The notes below the pieces were generated by a model, which saw nothing but the letters and a program-made list of their open reading frames with translations, searched no databases and had not been told where the DNA came from. A program made the position numbers and the translations under genes. This document shows, one piece after another, positions 1 through 11,889 of a stretch of 64,000 bases of DNA (position 1 is the stretch's first letter; every line of letters starts with the position of its first letter). Origin of the DNA: Carcharhinus longimanus (Eukaryota); the NCBI GenBank assembly GCA_030264375.1, contig JASCQW010000043.1, forward strand, positions 108,441,877-108,505,876. The letters run 5' to 3'.

Positions 1-680
1 ATCTGGACACCTAAAAACTTGAAGCTGTGGACCCTTTCTACTTCGTTCCCTTTGATGTAGGCAGGGACATGTTCCCCTTTAAGCCTCCTAAAGTTGATGA
101 CAATCTCCTTCATTTTGTCCACATTGAGAGAGAAATTATTGTTGCTACACCAGTTCACCAGAATCTCTATCGCATTCCTGTACTCTGTCTCATCATTTTT
201 TGAGATCCAACCCAGTATGATGCTGTCGTCAGCAAACATGAAAATCGAATTGGAGGGGAATTTGGCCTCACAGTCATAGGTGTATAAGGAGTATGATAGG
301 GGACCGGCCACACAGCCTTGTGGGGCACTGGTGTTGAGGATGATCGTGGAGGAGGTGTTGTCCCCTGTCCTTACTGATTTTGGTCTGTGGGTTAAGAACT
401 GCAGGATCCAGTCGCAGAGTGAAGAGCCATGCCCCAGGCCATGAAGTTTGGAGATGAGTTTCATAGGAATAAGGATGTTGAAGGCTGAGCTGTAATCAAT
501 GAATAGGAGTCTGACATAGGTCACCTTATTATCTAGGTGTTTCAGGGTTGAGTGCAGGGCCAGGGAGATGGCGTCTGCTGTGGATCTGTGGCAGTGATAG
601 GCAAAAAGTAGTGGATCCAGGTAGCCCAGGAGGTTGGAATTTATTTGTGCCATGATTAGCCTTTCAAAGTACTTCATATT
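1..680 (-). mobile_element. Rex1/Babar-type non-LTR retrotransposon, 5'-truncated RT region, frame open and running off the window start
   Basis: Minus-strand translation from 677 gives [114 protein letters not shown], with no stop. These are classic Rex1-clade RT motifs. Confidence 0.93.
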
Positions 681-810
681 GAAGGATTTTGCAGATTGAA
701 ACTCAGCCTGTTGGCCACATTATGAATGTACCTTCCTTGGCCATCAAGTCCTGGGGTGAGACTCAAACCCAGAGCTTCTGGCTTAGAGGCAGGACACTAT
801 CCAATGCACC
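681..810 (-). mobile_element. tRNA-derived SINE 5' part, truncated at the Rex1 junction
   Basis: Reverse complement of the SINE head at ~905-1025 (shared ttggccacattatgaatg..ccttccttggccatcaagtcctggg). Confidence 0.65.
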
Positions 811-899
811 TGGGGAAGTTGTAAAAGAGAAAATAGTAAAGTTGTGCACAACGTGACGTTTTATACTTATGAGCAAATATGCCATCATACTGATGAGGT

Positions 900-1200
900 C
901 TTATGATGCCTTGGGGAGCATTCCTGCCTCTGAACCAAAAGCTCCAGGTTCGATTCCCATCCCAGGACTTGATGGCCAAGGAAGGTGCATTCATAATGTG
1001 GCCAACAAGTTGAGCAAAATCCTTCCAACCCACCAATGGCCGGCAGTGAGAGCTGGAGAGAGTTCTGGCCAGCCGTGCTTGATACAGAATGACAGGAAGA
1101 GAAACAGTAATATACTGATAGTGTCAGTAGAGGGCTTGAAAAATAATTGGACATCTCAGCCTAAGCATTGAATAATCTGTAATGAACAAAACCCATACAT
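900..1200 (+). mobile_element. tRNA-derived SINE
   Basis: B-box GGTTCGATTCC at ~947 after a tRNA-like head. The body resembles the copy at ~48700-48960. Confidence 0.6.
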
Positions 1201-1764
1201 TGATGGGTTTAATCGAGGATGGGAGTTGGCAAGGTCAGGAGAGGCTGTATTCAGTTTTTTGCAAATTTACATTTGAAGTTGCAGCCATCATCTCTAAGCT
1301 AATTATTTAAGGACTCTGGCTCTTGCAGATTTGATTGGTAAAAGGCTGCTTCTAATCCTGGGTGTTATCATCCTGTGCTTGCTTTATAGTAAGGGATTTA
1401 TAGATATTTTTTCTTTCTGGAGAGTTGGCAAAGAAACTCAGGAACAACAGGTGGAAGAGTGAAGGGAAGCACATGCTGTGAAGAAATCCAATATCCCGCA
1501 TGGTAAACTATTTGTGCTATTACTGTGGAATTCTGCCCACTTAAAGAATATCAGTAACTTGGGTGCAGAGAAGGTTTTGCAGCCCCTCTCTAACCTCAGA
1601 GCATAAACTCCTGATGTATGTTTCTGAATGGTGAAGCTCCATTTTAGCTATGCAAACAATAAGGATCTATTGTTTATTCTCAGATTTAACTGGAAATAGG
1701 AGTGCTTTTTTTTAAGAAGTTTTAGGGATATACAAAAATTAGACAATCAAGAAGCAGCTTGAAC

Positions 1765-2010
1765 AAAAACAGAAGATGCTGGAAATCTTGGCAGGTCTGA
1801 CAGTATCTATGGAGAGAGAATAGAGCCAATGTTTCGGGTCTAGATGACCCTTCATTAGATGTCTTCGGCTCTTTGGGCTATGACAAAGGGTCATCTAGAC
1901 CTGAAACATTAGCTTTATACTTTCTCTACAGATGCTGTCAGACCGGCTAAGATTTTCCAGCATCTTCTGTTCTTGTTTCGCATTCCAGCATCCACAGTAA
2001 TTTGCTTTTA
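1765..2010. mobile_element. Palindromic Penelope-like-element (PLE) terminal relic with two degenerate hammerhead-like cores
   Basis: Arms ~1765-1858 and ~1881-1972 are reverse complements (aacagaagatgctggaaatct..gtttcgggtctagatgacccttc / gggtcatctagacctgaaacatt..ttttccagcatcttctgtt). Confidence 0.75.
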
Positions 2011-2889
2011 TACTACGATGTAGCTTGAGTTTTACTTTCCGACATGCAAACTGGAGATATGTAACTGCCACATCATGACTGGAGCGATGGTTATACTCAT
2101 GTAATTGGTGTAATGGTTATGCTCATATTTAACTTCTTCATCTGTAAGTAATTTGAAAGGATAAAAGTGAAAAGAGGAAGGCTCCAGCCAAACTGGAAAT
2201 GTCATGTTATTTTCTGCTTCTTTTAAATCCAGCTGAACTCTGCAGCTCATTATTCAATCATTCTAACCAAAGTTGTTCTGTAATATCTGAAAATCCTATT
2301 ATCTGCAAAAACATGTATAGCATCTGTGAGTAATGTATATTAAGCCAACAATTTCTCAGTAACGACTGCTGTTAACAAGTTGTGCCATTTACAGAGGATT
2401 CTAATCAGGTATTTCTGGCTCAGTGAAAACTCCTGAGTCATGATTAACTGCAGCAAAGATAAATGGCTTCTAAAATAGAGGCACTTAAGACCAGGGAAGT
2501 TGATGAAAAATTGCAGTCAAGTTAATGATCTGTATGTTAATGGAGTCACCAAGCTTACATTGTCTCTTGTGGATAAAGTAGTGCAGTGGTTGGTTTAATA
2601 AGGCCTTTGTTGATGATGTGAAGGAAGTGATTAAGAAACGTTTAAAAATGCATAAGATGTAGAGCCATTTTTGGCCAGATGACAGCGTATGAAATTGATT
2701 TGATTAGACAATCCATATGAAAGAGAAAAGACAAGCACATATTTGTAGGAAGGAAAGAAAGAAAGCTGTTGGTATTTCTTTTCTTTTTTTAAAAAATACT
2801 TGGGTATTGTTGGTGATTGGTTGATGTAGTTAAACTCCGGTCTTCCATCTTTGGAACCTGAATTCAAATCCAGTCTCAACTAATAATGG

Positions 2890-3150
2890 GTGATACGGTG
2901 GCACGGTGATTAGCACTGCTGCCTCACAGTGCCAGGGACCCAGGTTCAATTCCGGCCTTGGGTGACTGTCTGTGTTTTTATGTTCTCCCCATGTCTGTAT
3001 GGGCTTCCTCCGAGTGCTCCAGTTTCCCCCCACACTCCAAAGATGTGCAGGTTAGATGGATTGGCCATGGTAAATTGCCCCTTAGTGTTGGGGGGCTAGC
3101 AGGGTAGATACATGGGGCTGCAGGGGTGGAACCTGGTGGGATTGTGGGAT
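2890..3150 (+). mobile_element. HE1-like V-SINE
   Basis: ggtggcacggtgattagcactgctgcctcacagtgccagggacccaggttcaattcc head, followed by the V-domain (ctccaaagatgtgcaggttag..aaattgcccc). Confidence 0.9.
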
Positions 3151-3312
3151 TTAATGTCAGCGGGCAGTTCAGGAATGGGCACTACCTGCTGGCCTTGGCA
3201 GTGGTACCCACATTCCAAGAATGGAAAAAGGAAATGCTAGGGAAATGAACTTCCTAATGTTCAAGTGTCCTACTCCTAGCCAATGGTGGATAACCATTCT
3301 ATTGCTTTCTAC

Positions 3313-3487
3313 GGGTGGGATTTTCCAGCCCTTCCGGCCGGTGGGATCTTCCAGTCCAGCCAACAATTCCCCACAGCAAGACAGGCGAGCCAAGCAAAAT
3401 GCAGGAGACATCAGTGGGACTAGAAGTTCCCAACAGAAATAGTGAGCCACCTTCACCACCCCAGGGGGTGGGTGGAAAATCCTACCT
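3313..3487. mobile_element. Short MITE, probably PIF/Harbinger-related
   Basis: Terminal inverted repeats GGGTGGGATTTTCCA / TGGAAAATCCTACC. Confidence 0.6.
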
Positions 3488-3819
3488 CATTGCCTCTATT
3501 TTTAATTCGGATCTTCAGTGGTAAATATCCACATCAGTTGAGCTTGACAACATCCTGTGGAAAGTTCAATAATTTGTACTGAAGGAGGACACTTTCAATC
3601 TTTCTGAAGACAGAATCCTGACATAGCTTTAAAACAAATGAATATCTTTTTAAAATTTCTTGTGAATGGCGGCTGCAACAAGTTTTTAATCAGGACAACT
3701 CTATCGTTGACTTGGAATTATGAAACTTTCACTGTTCGACCAACCATGATGTATTAACCATTCATTGCTGAGTTCCAATCACTATTGTTCTGTAAATTCA
3801 ATTCCATGAAGTGATACAT

Positions 3820-4030
3820 TCCAGATGGATGCTATTTGGCCCGTCAAGTCTGTGCCAGTTCTTTGAAAGAGTTATCCAATTCACACCACTTCCTCCGCTT
3901 TTTCCCTCTAACCCTGAAAATTTCTCCTTTTCAGGTAAATATTTAATTCCTTCATGTAACTTATGACTATATCTGATCCACCATCATTTTGGGCAAAGCA
4001 TTCCAGATCATAGTAACATGTTGCACGATA
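3820..4030 (-). mobile_element. CR1-like LINE 3' end fragment
   Basis: atttggcccgtcaagtctgtgccagttctttgaaagag.. resembles the reverse of a CR1/HER1 3' end. Confidence 0.55.
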
Positions 4031-5194
4031 AACTTATTTGGGCTCAACCATATGGAATCTTGACTAGGAAAGGCAGAAGTCCCACCTCCATTTCCACCTC
4101 TGGCAGTATTCAGCGAAACAGGAAAGGGGCAGGTTGGGAATCCCATGTGCTCGAGTAAGAAGTTGCCAGCACCAGTCTAGAAATGGGCTTTTTGGAAATT
4201 TGCAATTTTTAGCCACTTTTGGATAATAATTGCACCTGTGGATTAGAGGTATGAACCATGATTGGAGGTAGAAAGAATGCAAAAAGTGAAGAAAAATAGT
4301 TTGCCTCCTTCACAGTTCATCATGAAATGCTGCAACTTAAGTATATCTGTACGTACAAAATAAGTGATGACTTTTCTGTGATTGGAAAGGGAAAAAGGCC
4401 GTTAAATGATGTGACTACTGAATTGCTACCTCTGACAGCTGGAAGACAGTCAAGTGCAAGAACAGCAGTGTAAAAGTTGAAAGCACTTCAAATGCATTGG
4501 ATTATCCTTTAGATAAAGAGTTATTCTGCATTGCCCATTATTGAAAGACTAACCCAATATGAGATCAATAGCTGATTGTTTAAATGCTCCCCCATGGCCT
4601 TCACACTTGCTTTGCAGCATAGCTCGGCCAGCTGTTTCAGCTATGGCAGATGCATAAGCTTTTGGCTTGGTTGAAAAACACTAATGGATTCTACACTGCA
4701 GGATTTGTTTACAGAGCTATCCAGGGAAATTTGAGTATGATGGCTTTGACAGAATAATGAGCTTTTCAGCAAAGATAATGTTTTGTAAGAGCTTATTCAA
4801 ATCATGCTTGTTTATTCTAACTGGTCTCTGAGTTTATCAAAGTGGATAATGGTTTTAAGTGCTTATTCAAGTGATGTTTGTTTATCTTGATTTACTTATG
4901 AGCATTTCAGATTTTATTATGGATCTTGTGAGGTATGTTTGTAAAGTGCATACTGGATGAGTGAGCTGGGGGGTGAAAAGGAGTGAGGGGAGATGTGGAT
5001 GTTGGGGAGGGGTTAAAGGGGTGATGCGGAGCAGACTTTGCACTGATCTTTGGAACTGGGCCAATGTTTATGTGAACAAAGGAAGCCATTTAATCAGTTA
5101 CCTGGAATTTGCACACAATAATCTTGACCTTATCATTAGAACCTCTCGCCCTCTAGGAGATAAAAATTCTGCTTACCAGCATTGCCAGCTTTTT

Positions 5195-5580
5195 TGATTT
5201 TTTTGATTTGATTTAATCTGATTTATTATTATCACATGTATCAGTATACAGTGAGAAGTATTGTTCCTTGTGCACTACACAGACAAAACATACAGTACAT
5301 AGAGAAGGAAAGGAGAGGGTGCAAGATATAATGTTACAGTCATGGCTAAGGTGTAGAGAAAGATCAACTTAATATAAGGCAGGTCCATTCAAAAGCCTGA
5401 TGGCAGCAGGGAAGAAGCTGTTCTTGAGTTGGGTGGTATGTGATCTCAGTATTTTTGTATTTTTTTCACAACAGAAGAAGATGGAAGAAAGAATGTCCGG
5501 GGTATGTGGGGTCCTTGATTATGCTGGCTGTTTTTCTGAGATAGCGAGAAATGTAGATGGAGTCAATGTATGGGAGGTTG
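5195..5580 (-). mobile_element. Rex1/Babar-type LINE 3' end
   Basis: Starts with the (tttga)n tail and tttattattatcacatgtatcagtatacagtga, then gcagcagggaagaagctgttcttgag, typical of Rex1 3' ends in reverse. Confidence 0.7.
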
Positions 5581-5779
5581 GAGATGGGTTTATGATGTCA
5601 GGAAAATTCCTGACTCGCCATCCAGGCTCCAGTTGAAAATCCAGCCTTTTGTCACTCCTCTTAAAATGTGTGTCTACGTATCTCAGCACCCTTACAGTGG
5701 AAATGATCTCTCTTTATGTCATTACTTTCACCCCTTTTATATCTCCCATTAACCTTCTTTGTTTTAACAATCCCAGCTT

Positions 5780-6120
5780 CAGCTGCACTGTGGCACAGTG
5801 GTTAGCACTGCTGCCTCACATCACCAAAGATCCCCGTTCGATTCCGGCCTGGGTGACTGACTGTGTGGAGTTTGCACGTTTTCTCCTACAATCCAAAAAT
5901 GTGCAGAATAGGCGGATTAGCCTTGCCAAATTGCCCCTTAGTGTCCAGGGATGTTTCGGTGCAGAGAATTAGGCATGGTAAATGCACGAGGTTACAAGAA
6001 TTGGATAGGACAGACAGAAGGATGGACCGAGATAAGATGCTCTTTCAGAGAATTGGTGCAGATTTGATTGGTCGAATGACCTTGTTTTGCACTGCATGGA
6101 TTGTGTGGTTCTATGGTTCA
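5780..6120 (+). mobile_element. HE1-like V-SINE
   Basis: gtggcacagtggttagcactgctgcctcac head, B-box gttcgattcc, V-domain and ttctatgg tail. Confidence 0.9.
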
Positions 6121-6264
6121 TTAGTCTCTCATGCCCAGTATCATTCCGATAAATCTTAACCTCATCCTCTGCATCCACAGGGAGTTTTGCTGGGACTACA
6201 TAAGGCAGTTTATATAATCCTTCAGCATGTGAAAACTGTGAGCTACTTTGCCTTGGATAAAAAA

Positions 6265-7370
6265 AATAGAAACATTGAAAATAAGACCATGAGTAAGTCA
6301 TTTGGCCACTCGAGCCTGCCCCACCATTCAGTACGATCATGGCTGATTATCGAACTCAGTAATCTGTCCTGCTTTCCTCCATTTCCTTTGACCCCTTTAG
6401 TCTCCAGCGCTATATCTAACTCCTTCTTGAAAATGAACAATATTTTGGCCTCAACTGCTTTCAGTTCAGAGAATTCCCCATGCTCATCGCTGTACTCATC
6501 TCAATCCTAAATGGTTTAATCCGTAACTTCAGACTGTGACCACTGTTTCTGGACTGTCTTGCCAGCAGGAACATCTACCCTGTCTAGTTCTGTTTGAATT
6601 TTATATCCTACTATTTCTACTTTGACTAATATGTGGCACTGATAGTAAGCCTCAGATCACCACCTTAGAGGTCTTACCTTTCAACTTTCTTCCTAACTTC
6701 CTACATTCTGCTTTTAGGAACTCATTCCTTTTTTTAACCTATGTAATTTATACAAATGTATATCACGACCACTGGCTGTTACTCTTTTTCTATCTTGTAG
6801 CAACTCTGAGACATCATTGATCCTTGCACCAGGGAGGCAACATCCCATCCTCGAGACTCACTTGCAGCCTACCTATTCCCAATACAATTGAATCCTCTAG
6901 AACAATTGTATTCCCACACATTTTACTCCTTCCTGTGTAGCAGAGCCAAAGGTGGTGCAACAAATTTGGCTGCTGCTGCTCCCCCTAAGAGGCCATTCCT
7001 CCCAACAGTATCCAAAGCAATATATCTGTTTTGAAGGGGAATGTCTACAGGGAGAGCACTGTCTGCCTGGTCACCTTCCCCGTTAGTCATCCATTCCATT
7101 CCTGCCTGTTGATCATCCATTCTGTTCCTGCCTATGGAATCTTAGCCTATGATGTGACACCTCTCTATACATTATCCACAATACTCGCCACTTCACAGAT
7201 GCTCCCCAGCCACCTTTCTTGCTCCATAACCTGGGCTTCCAGGAGCTGCAGCTGGAGATGCTTCCTGCACACATGCTGGCCCCGGGCACTAGAAATGTTC
7301 CTGCCTTCCCACATAGAGCAGGATGTGCATACCATGGCTTTGAGCACTTCTGCCATTACTTACTCCTTCA
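6265..7370 (-). mobile_element. CR1/HER1-like LINE relic: ORF1 remnant joined to 3' end, ORF2 largely deleted
   Basis: ORF 7165-7356 (MVCTSCSMWE..HVCRKHLQLQLLEAQVME) is a CR1 ORF1 zinc-finger/leucine-zipper. ORF 6923-7120 contains IPLQNRYIALDTVG. 6265-6600 is a CR1 3' UTR in reverse. Confidence 0.8.
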
Positions 7371-7661
7371 AAATAAACCTTTTGGATGATATTTACAATT
7401 AAATAATATAAGTTACTCCAGGGGCCTTCTTTCATGGCCTTAGTTGTTACAGAATGTAGTCTTTACAAACTATAAACCACAAAATAAAGACCTCACAACT
7501 ATGTGATAAAAGTAGTAAATAAATGGATGGATGCACATTGAGTTCCAGGAGGTTAAATACTGAATTGGAATCAATTTATTTTCCAATTGAAAGTAAAGGG
7601 GTAACAATGTGAACCAAGCCGAGAGACTCCATATTCCCAGTACAAATTTAGCTGTTAGATT

Positions 7662-8445
7662 TAAAAACAGAAAATAGTGGAAGTATGCAGTAGTTTTGGG
7701 AACAGCTGTGGAGAGAGAAATAGAGTTAATGTTTCAGGTCAGTCATCAATCTGAAACAGGGGATGAAGTTTTCCGGTCTTCAAAAATTTTCAAATGTCAA
7801 GATTTTGCTGATGCCTGTACTTTGCTCAGTATGGCCAGGTAATAGTCTGCTGCCACATTAATCATCCAATTTGGGTGTGTGACCAGAGCAGCTGAGGTGA
7901 AGAATGCATGCTAGCGTCACTGTGGAGGCTTTGTACTCCTGATCTGTGTGGAGAAAAAGCGGGAGCGTAAGAAGCAGGTGGGATTCTCATTGTATAGCTA
8001 GCAGTTATTAAGGGCAGCACCTAACCCTCCCACCCAGCAACCTTTGGTGGACCTTTGTGACTTTATACACTCAAAATTCATATTTCTTGCTCAGGACATC
8101 CTGACCGGCGCTGACTCTGATATCTGCGGAAATAGTGGGGATCTCCTGCGCTCTCAGCAAAATGTCAGACTCTTCAATAAATGATCACTATTTACTTCCA
8201 TTAGTGCTATTAACTACCTGCTGAGTGCGCTAATCTTTTACTCTCACCTCCAGCAAAAACAAATGGAGGTTACATCATGTTGGGGAGTTTCCTGGATATA
8301 CAACTCTCTACAGTTTCTCCCATATGCACCTCTAATCAGACCTCCATGGGGCAGGGAAAATTTCACCCATTAATTATTTTTTTCTCTCCACAGGTGCTAA
8401 GGATTTTCAGCAGTTTGTGTTTTTATTTATGATTTACAACATCCA
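7662..8445. mobile_element. Penelope-type palindromic relic (7662-7758 and 8369-8445) split by a ~610-bp MITE (7759-8368)
   Basis: aaaaacagaaaatagtgg..gagagagaaatagagttaatgtttcaggtc..ctgaaaca resumes as ttaattattttttttctctcccacaggtgct. The intervening segment has imperfect TIRs ggggatgaagttttcc / gggaaaatttcaccc. Confidence 0.55.
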
Positions 8446-9324
8446 TGTTGTTTGATTTTGTGTTCACCATTAGATTTTTTTGCTGGTGATTGTCCCTGCC
8501 AATATTTGATTGCAGAACTATTTAGCATTAGGTCATAGAAGTGGGTTATTGGTTGGGATGTTTGCAGAGTTAGGGATATTCCGCGGAGCATTACAAATGG
8601 TGGGTGGGACCTGATTCCAGGTTTGCTGGCATAATTATTGACGCCCCTAATTTTCATCAGTATGGGATAAGGAAGTGGGATTGTGTGATCGCAAGCCGGC
8701 AACCTGCATTCCAGATTTGGATGGATCCATTGTGAGGATAGTCATCTCCTAGCATCCTAACCATACACAATCCTTTATAGAGTCAGCCAGCTTTTCAAGA
8801 TCTTGTGGTTCATGGACCCATAAAGGTATTGTAAACCACTGTTTGGATGAGGAAACCTTTTGAAAGTTAAGTTCCAAAAATCCTATCCATGCCCCATCCA
8901 ACTGATGCCTCTAAGTACCTCTCATACCCATCATGGTACTTCTATGCCTGCTCACCCAGTAAATGCTTTGTATAGAAACAATGAACCCTAAAGTAACAAT
9001 AGCATGTGGGGAAAATCTCAGCTGAGCCTCATTGTGCTTTCCTGATCCAGAGTCCAGACATCCATTAGTCTGTTGAAACAGCTGCACCCAAGTGGAAACA
9101 TTACTTGATTGACAGCTTTTTGTCTCCAATCTATTTTCTCAATTGCTCAGTAAAGAGCTGCCAAGTGTTTGTGGGTTTTTGATACTGCAGCGGTCTAGTT
9201 GATTCTTTTATAGGATTGTCACAAAATTAGCTTTTTTGAAGGAAGTTATAAATGAATGACTTTTCAAATACTTTTCCCCACGTCATTGTTACTGTAGGGT
9301 TATTTGGTTATGTACAGTATGCAA

Positions 9325-9650
9325 CATAGAAACATTAAAAAAGGAGCAGGAATAGGCCATTCAGCCCTTTGATCCTGCTCTGCCATTCATTATGATCATG
9401 GTTGATCATCCAACTCAACATCCTGATCCCACCTTCCTATCAGATATTTTGATCCCCTTCATCCCAAGAGCAGTATCTATTCCTGCTTGAAAACAAGCAA
9501 TGCTTTTGCCTCAGATGCTTTCTGTGGTAGCAAGTTCTACAAGCTTACCACTCCCTAGATGAAATTCCTCCTCAGTTCAATTCTAAAAAGTATCCTTTGA
9601 CTATGACCCCTAGTTTTGGAATCTTCCACCATTAGGAACATACTTCATAC
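9325..9650 (-). mobile_element. CR1/HER1-like LINE 3' end
   Basis: catagaaaca..aggagcaggaataggccattcagccc..atcatggttgatcatcc motif. Confidence 0.8.
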
Positions 9651-9719
9651 ATCAAGCTTGGAAATGGAAAGGTAGCTAAAATTAAAAATTATTTCAAAAC
9701 TAACCCCCATTTAATAGGA

Positions 9720-10350
9720 GAGGTGGGATAGGTTTCCTATGCTATTACAATCTTCCGATATGATCCGATCTGTCGACATCTGACGAAGAATGGGTGAGGC
9801 CTGCCTGCCCTCACCCCAATTCGGGCCCTTAAATGGCTATTTATTGGCCACTTATAGGTCACTTCCCATCTGGCCTCAATTTTAATGCTGGCAGAAGGGG
9901 TTCAGGGACAGAGAGGTGAAGATTGGCAGGTCACCCTGCTTGGATCTCAGGCAGGGAGGGAAGGCCGCATCTCTCAGGGTCTCCTCTTTCTGCATGGAAG
10001 CCTTCCCCAAGGTCTGTCTTCACGTGGTTTCCAATTGCCCAGGCCTCTCACTCAAGAGCCCCACACCTTTCTCCCTATCTCCCCCAGGCCTCACCTTCCT
10101 TCCCAGCATAAGAATCCTGTGCACTCAGTGGGTCCTGGACTCTGGGATTCAGAATCTGGGACTGCTTGTAGTCCCAGTTCTGACCACTGCTGGCGCAAGT
10201 GCTGCTGAGACTCCAGAGCAGCCAGCCAGTTAGGTTGGTCAACAGCACTCTTGAGGAGGCTTTCCACCCAAGTGAGGAGTGTTAAGTCCCATCTCCAGGC
10301 AATTAGTATGCCACGAAGTGTTAAATGGCTGCAGCCAGCCTTTTGGTTTG
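9720..10350. repeat. GC-rich interspersed repeat, probably a non-autonomous DNA transposon
   Basis: GC-rich block with gggcccttaaatggc..attggccactta motifs. Family not identified. Confidence 0.4.
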
Positions 10351-11889
10351 CAGAGTGGGAGATTGAGCTAATCAAAACAGCCCTTTAACTTTTTGTCTTA
10401 ACAGTGACTAATTTCATGAACATTATTTTGATGTACAATATAAACTATACAATTTGGGGATCATCTTACCAAAATATTCTATGTGACAAATGAGCATGCA
10501 AACAGGAGACCATCGTGCCCATTTTTTGTCAAGCTCTCAGATACAATCTTATGATACTTAGAGAACAAAATGAAGCAAAGTGTGATTCACGCCAGTAGGG
10601 GGAGTGGATGGAGTCTATTCTCGCCAGGAAGCTAGCTGCTGACTGTGAGGCACACTATTGCGCATGAGCCTTGATCTCTTGGTGTTCTGTTACAAGTGAG
10701 AAATCTATCACTGCCCAGACATCACCTGATCACGCTGGCTTCACAGTGCTGGTCGTATCATAAGAGGCTGAAAATGGCACACAGCCAGTTTTTTGCCTCT
10801 CTTGTGATCTTTCCAGCTCACCACACCGATCGACTGGGGGGTCGAGCCGGTAAGATCGACCCCTGTGTTTCTCAGGTGCTTTTGCCATATTTGTTTGATC
10901 GCAAGTATGGTAAATCTGCTTCAAAATCCCAAAAGTAAATTGTGCATGACTGAAAGAACAGTAGTGGCTGAGGTCAATACATAATAGAACGTAGAATAAT
11001 AATAATGATAAAGATCCCTTCTGGACCACATGAGACAAGAATGTAATTTATAATATGGAAGCTGCAATGTGTATTTGTTTTATTGTGGTCCGTGGTAAAT
11101 TATGCAAAATCTTGGAAAGGCTTTCATTAATTTCAAACAGGCCAATGCTTTGGGATTTAAACAAGCAATAACATTTGTTCCATTGTCTGATGCTCACAGA
11201 GAGCTGTTACCTGTGGATGGCATTTATGACAGTGATGAAAACTCTTTCCCCACAGCCCATAACAAATTCTGTATTAATCCGATAATGAAATGAATGTATA
11301 TTTAATGTGCATAACATTGTGAGTTCCATTCAACAAGCCTGTAAAATAAAAATAGACCTAATTAGAGACTCAGATTCACATCTCCAAAATGTCACCTTTT
11401 CACAATGTTTTTAATTTCAGAACTGTCGGTGATTATTTGTACAACTCCACTTGTCAGTAGTCAGTGTAATTTAGCCATCCTAATGTTCATATAGTTACAT
11501 TTGAAAGTTTTCAGTAATGAATTTCAAAAAGACCCTCAAGAACATTATATAATTATACTTGAAAATCCTTATTTGACGATTATGTTTTAAAAGCCCTTAA
11601 TTATTTATGTAAGCTGTCCAAACTTGTTCTCATTTATGGTGTCTCTCTTGTGGTTGCAGACATGCCCTGTGTTAAATAGAAGTTTTGGAGTTGCACAGCC
11701 CAGAAAGCAGCCCGTCACCTCCTGGAATTTCTTCTGGCTCTTTGGAGTTATTCCATTAGCCCCACCTCCTTGCTCTTTCCCCATAACCCAGCAAATATTT
11801 TCTTTTGAAGCTTCCATCTAATTCCCTTATTAAAATTGTTGGTGAATCTGCTTGTAGCACCCTTTCTGGCAGTACATTCTGGACATCAA

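Noticed and set aside
2060-2148. Possible exon ending at a GTAAGT donor (HDWSDGYTHVIGVMVMLIFNFFI)
   Set aside because: There is an in-frame stop just upstream, no convincing acceptor and no recognisable homology.
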